Shown piece by piece: positions 58,910 to 64,000 of a stretch of DNA of 64,000 bases. Location: the NCBI GenBank assembly GCA_964424195.1, contig CAYRHT010000001.1, positions 135,260 to 199,259 of the forward strand, read 5' to 3'. The notes under the pieces were generated by a model. It was not told the origin of the DNA. It was given only the letters and a program-made list of their open reading frames with translations, and did no database searches. The DNA comes from an uncultured Gammaproteobacteria bacterium. GTDB lineage: Bacteria; Patescibacteriota; Patescibacteriia; UBA1558; S5-K13. The position numbers and the translations under genes are program-made. The stretch's first letter is position 1, and each line of letters opens with the position of its first letter.

Positions 58910-60184
58910 ATGTCAAAATTTAGGAAAATAGCATTAATCATTTTATTTATTCTAGTAATTACAATAGTTAGTATTTTATTGTATAGAATATTCTTTAAAA
59001 CAGCAGATCCTGTTATTGTTACGGATCCTAGTGGTATTGAAGGCGGAGGTTTGCCAGCTATTAATGAAGGAGATGTTTCAGTGAGGGGATTAGAAGGAGA
59101 TATTGTTACGGATCCAATAGATGCGGAAGATATTTTTGTAGAACAAGAAGGAGTTGATAATATTGCTCAAGGAGGATTTACAAACTCTAAAGAATTAGTT
59201 GCTAAAAATATTAAATCCCCAGATTTTAGTAAGATTAATAATGGTTTAGTCTATTATGATCGAGAGAATCAAGGATTTTATCGAGTTAATGATGATGGTA
59301 GTGTTTTTAAAATGTCAGAGAATAAATTCTATTCAGTAGTTGATGTTGTTTGGTCTCCAACTAAAAACCAAGCTTTAATAGAATATCCAGAAGATGATAA
59401 TGTGGTTTATAATAAAGTTTTGTATGATTTTGATAAAGATAGAGCAATAACTAGCTTCCAGAAAGAGATGAAAGATTTTAACTTTTCTAATAATGGAGAA
59501 AAGATATCAGCTAAATGGATAGGTGATTATGAAGATCATAATTATATAGTTAGTTCTGATATTCATGGTAATAATTTTAAATTTGTAGAACCAATTGGTA
59601 GTAAGAGAAAAGATGTTCAAACAGTTTGGAGTCCAGATTCTGAAATCCTAGCTACTTATCGAGAATCTGTTGATGCTAATCGACAGGAAGTGTATTTTAT
59701 AAATGAAAATAATAAGAATCTTAGTTCTTTAATAGTTGATGGTCGAGGTTTTGAAGTTGCTTGGAACCCCAAGGGGGACAAGATTTTATATAGTGTTTTT
59801 AAAGCTCAAACTGATTACAACCCCACTTTATGGATAGCTAGTGGACAAGGAAATGGTCTGGGAGGCGGTAAAAGATATGTTGGTTTAAATACTTGGGTTG
59901 ATAAATGTGATTTTAGTCAAAATAATGGTGACATAGTATATTGTGCAGTACCAGATTATTTACCTAAAGGCAGTGGTTGGTATCCAGAACTAGCTAAAGA
60001 TGTCCCTTATCATATATATCAAGTAGATATTAGTACTGGTCGAAAACAAAAAGTTGCTGACCCAGTTGTTAATGGTTCAAGAGTTAATATTGATCAAATA
60101 TATTTAGGGGAGAATGATCAAACACTATATTATACTAATGGAGCAGATGGTCATTTATATAGTATAAATTTAGCAACAGAATAA
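58910..60184 (+). CDS. Membrane-anchored TolB-like (PD40/WD40-like) beta-propeller protein
   Basis: N-terminal TM helix. Repeated VWSP...K-type PD40 segments (VVWSPTKNQ, VWSPDSEILA, VAWNPKGDKILYS). Confidence 0.6.
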   Translation: MSKFRKIALIILFILVITIVSILLYRIFFKTADPVIVTDPSGIEGGGLPAINEGDVSVRGLEGDIVTDPIDAEDIFVEQEGVDNIAQGGFTNSKELVAKNIKSPDFSKINNGLVYYDRENQGFYRVNDDGSVFKMSENKFYSVVDVVWSPTKNQALIEYPEDDNVVYNKVLYDFDKDRAITSFQKEMKDFNFSNNGEKISAKWIGDYEDHNYIVSSDIHGNNFKFVEPIGSKRKDVQTVWSPDSEILATYRESVDANRQEVYFINENNKNLSSLIVDGRGFEVAWNPKGDKILYSVFKAQTDYNPTLWIASGQGNGLGGGKRYVGLNTWVDKCDFSQNNGDIVYCAVPDYLPKGSGWYPELAKDVPYHIYQVDISTGRKQKVADPVVNGSRVNIDQIYLGENDQTLYYTNGADGHLYSINLATE

Positions 60185-60188
60185 TATT

Positions 60189-60851
60189 ATGCCAGAACAA
60201 AAAGATAAATTATTTTCTTCATTAATGATTATATTAATCTTAGTTGTTTTAGCTTTTTTAGTATATAATTTTGTTTGGGATATAAATATTTTTAAAACTA
60301 AAAATAATGAAACTGTAATCCAGAGCAAAACAGAAGGATATTTACTTTCTTCTTTACCAAACGACCCAGTTAAAGGAGAAGGATTATCAACTATTGCTAT
60401 TTATTTATTTACTGATTATGAAGCTAATCAAATGAATGAAATTATGAAGATAGTTAATGATTTAATAAAGAAATATCCTAATGATGTTCATTTAGTTTGG
60501 AAGGATTTACCAGTTTCTAAACATTATTTCTCTCGAGGAGCAGCTTTAGCAGCTCGTTGCTCTCTAGATGATCAGAAGTATTGGGAATATAATGAAAAAT
60601 TATTAAATAGAAAAAAGTCTTTATCTTTAGAATTGTATCAAGAAATAGCTAGTGACTTAGGAATGGATTCAGTAAGCTTCTTAGCTTGTTATAAGTCAGG
60701 TAAATATCTATCTGATATAGATAATAATATTAGGGAAGCTTATGTTTTAGATGTTGATGATGTTCCTAGTATTTTTCTAAATCAAGAGCAATTGAAGGGG
60801 GAGATTAGTTTTGAAAAATTAGATAAGATGGTTAGTAATTTAGTAAAATAA
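60189..60851 (+). CDS. DsbA/BdbD-like thioredoxin-fold protein lacking the CxxC active site, membrane-anchored
   Basis: N-terminal TM helix. DsbA-like pattern (VWKDLPVS...GAALAARCSLDDQKYWEYNEKLL...GTP-like DVPSIFLN), but the CxxC position reads FTDYEANQ. Confidence 0.5.
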   Translation: MPEQKDKLFSSLMIILILVVLAFLVYNFVWDINIFKTKNNETVIQSKTEGYLLSSLPNDPVKGEGLSTIAIYLFTDYEANQMNEIMKIVNDLIKKYPNDVHLVWKDLPVSKHYFSRGAALAARCSLDDQKYWEYNEKLLNRKKSLSLELYQEIASDLGMDSVSFLACYKSGKYLSDIDNNIREAYVLDVDDVPSIFLNQEQLKGEISFEKLDKMVSNLVK

Positions 60852-60928
60852 TATTCAACTTGACAAGTATAATAATATTAGATAATATTATACTTAGTAA
60901 GTGGTAAATTATTAAATATGTAAAGTAT

Positions 60929-62125
60929 ATGCTTTATTCAAGAGAAATTTTTGAACAAGCTAAAAAATTATTATTAAAAGATGAATGTATTATCTTAACA
61001 GGAGCTAGGCAAACTGGTAAGACTTCTATTTTAATAATGTTGAAAAATTTTTTAGAAATAAAAAAAAATCAACCTTGTTTCTATTTTAATTTAGAAAATC
61101 AGGATTATTTGAAATTATTAAATAAACATCCTTATAATATTTTTGAATTAATTCCTAATAGTAAAGTTAAACAAACTATTATTATTGATGAAATTCAATA
61201 TTTAGATGATCCAACTAATTTTTTAAAATTACTTTATGATGAAAAAAGGGATCAAGTAAAAATTATTGCTTCGGGTTCTTCGTCTTTTTACATTGATAAG
61301 AAATTCAAAGATAGTTTGGTAGGACGAAAAGTATTATTAGAAGTGTATCCTCTTAATTTTACAGAATTTTTAGTTTTTAATGATGAAGATGATTTAATAA
61401 AGCAGAAAAGTAAAACATTGTCAGTTTATTATAAAAACAAATTAAAGAAATTATGGGATAAATATTTAATTTATGGTGGTTATCCTAAGGTTGTTTTAGA
61501 GGGTAAAAATAATGCTCAGATAGTAATTTTGCAAGATATTGTTTCTTCTTATATTAAAAAAGATATTCGGGATGCTGGTATTAAGAATACAGATAAATAT
61601 TTTGCTCTTTTAAAAATATTAGCTAGTCAAACGGGTGAATTAGTAAATTCTCAAGAGTTAGCTAATACATTAAATATGGCTCACAAGACAGTAGAGGAAT
61701 ATTTATATGTTATGAAAAAGTCTTATCAAGTTGCTTTTATTCGACCTTTTTACAGAAATGCTAGAAAAGAGTTAAGTAAGATGCCTAAGGTATATTTTTA
61801 TGATTTAGGTTTTAGAAATTTATTACTTAATGATTTTGATTTTTTAGATAAAAGACAAGATAAGGGAGCTTATTTAGAAAATGTTATTTTTAAAGAATTT
61901 TTAAGACAGTTTGGAAATATTAATTTGATTAATTTTTGGCGCACTCAAGACAAGAAAGAAGTTGATTTTGTAATTGATAGTAAAGAAGCTTTTGAAGTTA
62001 AGTTTGTTGCATCTCAGATTAAGAAAAAGAAGTATGAAGCATTTAAAAATTTCTATCCTAATATTAAATTAAGTTTTTTAGAATATTCTAAAGTTTTAGA
62101 AAAGTTTTACAAATGGAAATTATAA
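60929..62125 (+). CDS. AAA family ATPase (AAA_14 + DUF4143 type)
   Basis: Walker A GARQTGKTS, Walker B IIIDEIQY. C-terminal DUF4143-like region. Confidence 0.7.
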   Translation: MLYSREIFEQAKKLLLKDECIILTGARQTGKTSILIMLKNFLEIKKNQPCFYFNLENQDYLKLLNKHPYNIFELIPNSKVKQTIIIDEIQYLDDPTNFLKLLYDEKRDQVKIIASGSSSFYIDKKFKDSLVGRKVLLEVYPLNFTEFLVFNDEDDLIKQKSKTLSVYYKNKLKKLWDKYLIYGGYPKVVLEGKNNAQIVILQDIVSSYIKKDIRDAGIKNTDKYFALLKILASQTGELVNSQELANTLNMAHKTVEEYLYVMKKSYQVAFIRPFYRNARKELSKMPKVYFYDLGFRNLLLNDFDFLDKRQDKGAYLENVIFKEFLRQFGNINLINFWRTQDKKEVDFVIDSKEAFEVKFVASQIKKKKYEAFKNFYPNIKLSFLEYSKVLEKFYKWKL

Positions 62126-62142
62126 ATTTTAACCATAATAAG

Positions 62143-63243
62143 ATGAATAAAAAAATAATTAAAGTCATATTAGTATCCTTAGTTCTAGTCTTTATTTTTA
62201 ATATTAACTTTGCATTAGCTGAAAATCCTTTTGGAGAACCTTGTTCAACTAAATCATTCACTGATCTTAAAGGTGCTATTTGTTATGAACCAGAGATTGC
62301 TATTCCTGGATTACCAAGTTCTTTTGAAGTTGAATCTAATACTTTAGGTTTATATATTAAAATCTGGTATGAATATTTACTTTATGTAGCTGGAGTCCTA
62401 GCTGTAATTGTAGTTATGGTTGGTGGATTTCAATGGATTACTGCTGGAGGAAATCAGAGTAAGATTGGTGAAGCTAAAGAGAGGATTATTAGTGCAATTA
62501 TTGGTTTATTTTTAGCTCTAGGTTCTTATTTATTACTTTATACTATTAATCCTGAATTAGTTAAAATACATGATTTAAATATGCCGGATATAGAGCCAAT
62601 CAATATCTATTGCGAAGATGTCAGTAAATTAAGAAAGGTTGGGGATACAGGAGAATACACAATTGATGGTTCAGAAACTGAATGTGGTGAATATTATGAA
62701 TATGTGGTGGATGAATCTATTTTTAAGTGTCGAGGAAGGAGTTGTTTTAAAGAAGGTGCTAGTTATGTTTGTAAAATTGATAAATGTGTAAATGAGTCAG
62801 TTTCTTATAATCATCCCTGTGATGATAATAAAGATTCTGATTGTATACCACCTAATGTTTGTAAATCATATGCAGCTAGACAGGACGGAGGAACTGGTTT
62901 ATGTGGTCTTAGATCTGGTCAAGATGGTTATTGCTCTGAGGATTTAGATTGTGTAGAAGATTATTCATGTATAAGTTCAAGATGTAAACATGATGTGTCT
63001 GGATTGTGCGAAGGTTTGAGTCCGGGAGATACTTGTGTTAATAGTGAAGAAAATGGTTATTGTAATAATCAATTAGCTTGTTTTGCATGTGCTAGTGTTG
63101 GTGATAATTGTGGTTCACCACATGGTCCACAATATGTTTGTCCCAATCCACAGGGTATTTGTGGAAGTAATAATGGAGGAGATTATTGTGATAGTTGGTC
63201 TAATTTATGTACAGAAAATGATAATCCTGGTTTACTTCATTAA
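62143..63243 (+). CDS. TrbC/VirB2-like pilin fused to a cysteine-rich extracellular domain (about 190 aa)
   Basis: Signal peptide MNKKIIKVILVSLVLVFIFNINFALA. Pilin-like core with two TM helices (LAVIVVMVGGFQWITAGGNQSKIGEAKERIISAIIGLFLALGSYLLLYTINPEL). C-terminal domain with more than 30 Cys in CxxxC/CxC-rich arrangements. The ORF track starts at 62113; the internal Met at 62143 was chosen. Confidence 0.55.
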   Translation: MNKKIIKVILVSLVLVFIFNINFALAENPFGEPCSTKSFTDLKGAICYEPEIAIPGLPSSFEVESNTLGLYIKIWYEYLLYVAGVLAVIVVMVGGFQWITAGGNQSKIGEAKERIISAIIGLFLALGSYLLLYTINPELVKIHDLNMPDIEPINIYCEDVSKLRKVGDTGEYTIDGSETECGEYYEYVVDESIFKCRGRSCFKEGASYVCKIDKCVNESVSYNHPCDDNKDSDCIPPNVCKSYAARQDGGTGLCGLRSGQDGYCSEDLDCVEDYSCISSRCKHDVSGLCEGLSPGDTCVNSEENGYCNNQLACFACASVGDNCGSPHGPQYVCPNPQGICGSNNGGDYCDSWSNLCTENDNPGLLH

Positions 63244-63274
63244 TAATTCAATATAATAAAATTAAAATAAAAAT

Positions 63275-64000
63275 ATGAAAAACATTCAAAGAATTGATAT
63301 TTCTACAGCTACTTTCTTAAAAGTAATAGTGTTGATTGCAATTTTTGCTTTTCTTTATTTAGTTAAAGAAATTCTAGCTTTAATCTTCTTAGCCTTAATC
63401 TTTGCCTCTTCAATTGATCCTTGGGTAGATTGGTTAAAGAAAAGAAGTATTCCAAAAACTCTGAGTATTATTGTAATTTATGCTCTTTTTATTGGTATCT
63501 TTTTAACTATTATAATTTCAGTTATTCCACCGGTAGCTGGGGAAATTGCTCAATTAGCAAAACTTTTCCCAGATTATTATGAGAAGCTTAGTCAATTTTT
63601 TAGTAATTTTCAAAAAGTTGAAAGTACTAGCGCTGTTCAAGATGTTCAATTAGGATTAAATACTGTGAGTAGTACTTTAACTCAAGCTCTTAGTTCATTA
63701 TTTACAACAACAACACAAGTCTTTAGTGGAATATTTTCTTTCATAACTATTTTAATCATGGCTTTTTATTTCACAGTTGAAGAGAATGCTATTAAAAAGT
63801 TTTCGGAAGCTATTATTCCTAAAAAATATCAAAATTATGTTACTGATTTAACCTCTCGGATTCAGACAAAGTTAGGTCAGTGGTTTAGAGGACAGCTTAC
63901 TTTATCTCTGGTAATATTTGCTATGACATTTTTAGGGTTATTTTTAATAAGTATTTTTATACCTATTAAATATATTTTAATCATGGCTTTGTTAGCTGGT
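63275..64000 (+). CDS. AI-2E family transporter (PerM/UPF0118), 3'-truncated by the window end
   Basis: Polytopic membrane protein with N-terminus typical of AI-2E/PerM permeases (IDISTATFLKVIVLIAIFAFLY...LIFASSIDPWVDWLKKR). Continues past position 64000. Confidence 0.6.
   Translation, partial: MKNIQRIDISTATFLKVIVLIAIFAFLYLVKEILALIFLALIFASSIDPWVDWLKKRSIPKTLSIIVIYALFIGIFLTIIISVIPPVAGEIAQLAKLFPDYYEKLSQFFSNFQKVESTSAVQDVQLGLNTVSSTLTQALSSLFTTTTQVFSGIFSFITILIMAFYFTVEENAIKKFSEAIIPKKYQNYVTDLTSRIQTKLGQWFRGQLTLSLVIFAMTFLGLFLISIFIPIKYILIMALLAG

Noticed and set aside
1-64000. CRISPR array, transposase, integrase or prophage boundary
   Set aside because: There are no arrays of regularly spaced direct repeats with unique spacers. 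The only tandem repeats are the four promoter repeats at 13395..13449 and the coding K-repeat in gyrA. No ORF resembles a transposase, tyrosine or serine recombinase, or phage structural protein. The tRNA cluster is not followed by an integrase.

Overview
AT-rich (about 30% GC by eye) bacterial chromosome segment with small, tightly packed genes in the standard genetic code. The gene content (Gram-positive-type conjugation-like genes PrgI/VirB4/pilin, many acidic hypothetical proteins, lysine-rich extensions) suggests a small-genome lineage such as Patescibacteria/CPR or a Firmicutes-like organism, but lineage cannot be decided from sequence alone. Features in order: (1) a nearly complete de novo purine operon on the + strand, purA (truncated by the window edge), purL, purM, a PurQ-PurS-PurS-PurC fusion, a Nudix hydrolase, purE, purB, purF, purD, purN, purH, closed by a clear intrinsic terminator. 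(2) A two-gene insertion with its own repeat-rich promoter, wedged between the purH terminator and guaA: an HTH + GHKL-ATPase + STAS-like (DUF4325) protein, then a coiled-coil protein whose C-terminus has a PD-(D/E)xK-like motif; guaA starts 4 nt after it. (3) Housekeeping genes: secG, a family-5 solute-binding protein, RNase J, trpS, clpC, comFC, a CaCA antiporter, a small ferredoxin, three tRNAs (Leu-CAA and two CAU tRNAs), parAB, gyrA with a roughly 110-aa lysine-rich N-terminal tail, a Nif3-like protein, acpP, ruvB, queH, queA, a GGCT-like protein, ychF and glyA. (4) A translin-like gene followed by two paralogous small basic peptide genes, a MATE exporter and a radical-SAM protein with a SPASM/twitch-like domain; this may be a RiPP-like locus. 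(5) A divergent Elp3-like (radical SAM + GNAT) / Trm9-like methyltransferase pair whose start codons meet at a CATATG palindrome, then a class II Fic protein. (6) A type-IV-secretion/conjugation-like cluster (PrgI-like, VirB4-like ATPase, VirB8-like, membrane proteins, a TolB-like beta-propeller, a DsbA-like protein lacking CxxC, an AAA ATPase, and a pilin-like protein fused to a cysteine-rich ectodomain), followed by a truncated AI-2E transporter. No CRISPR array, transposase or integrase was seen.
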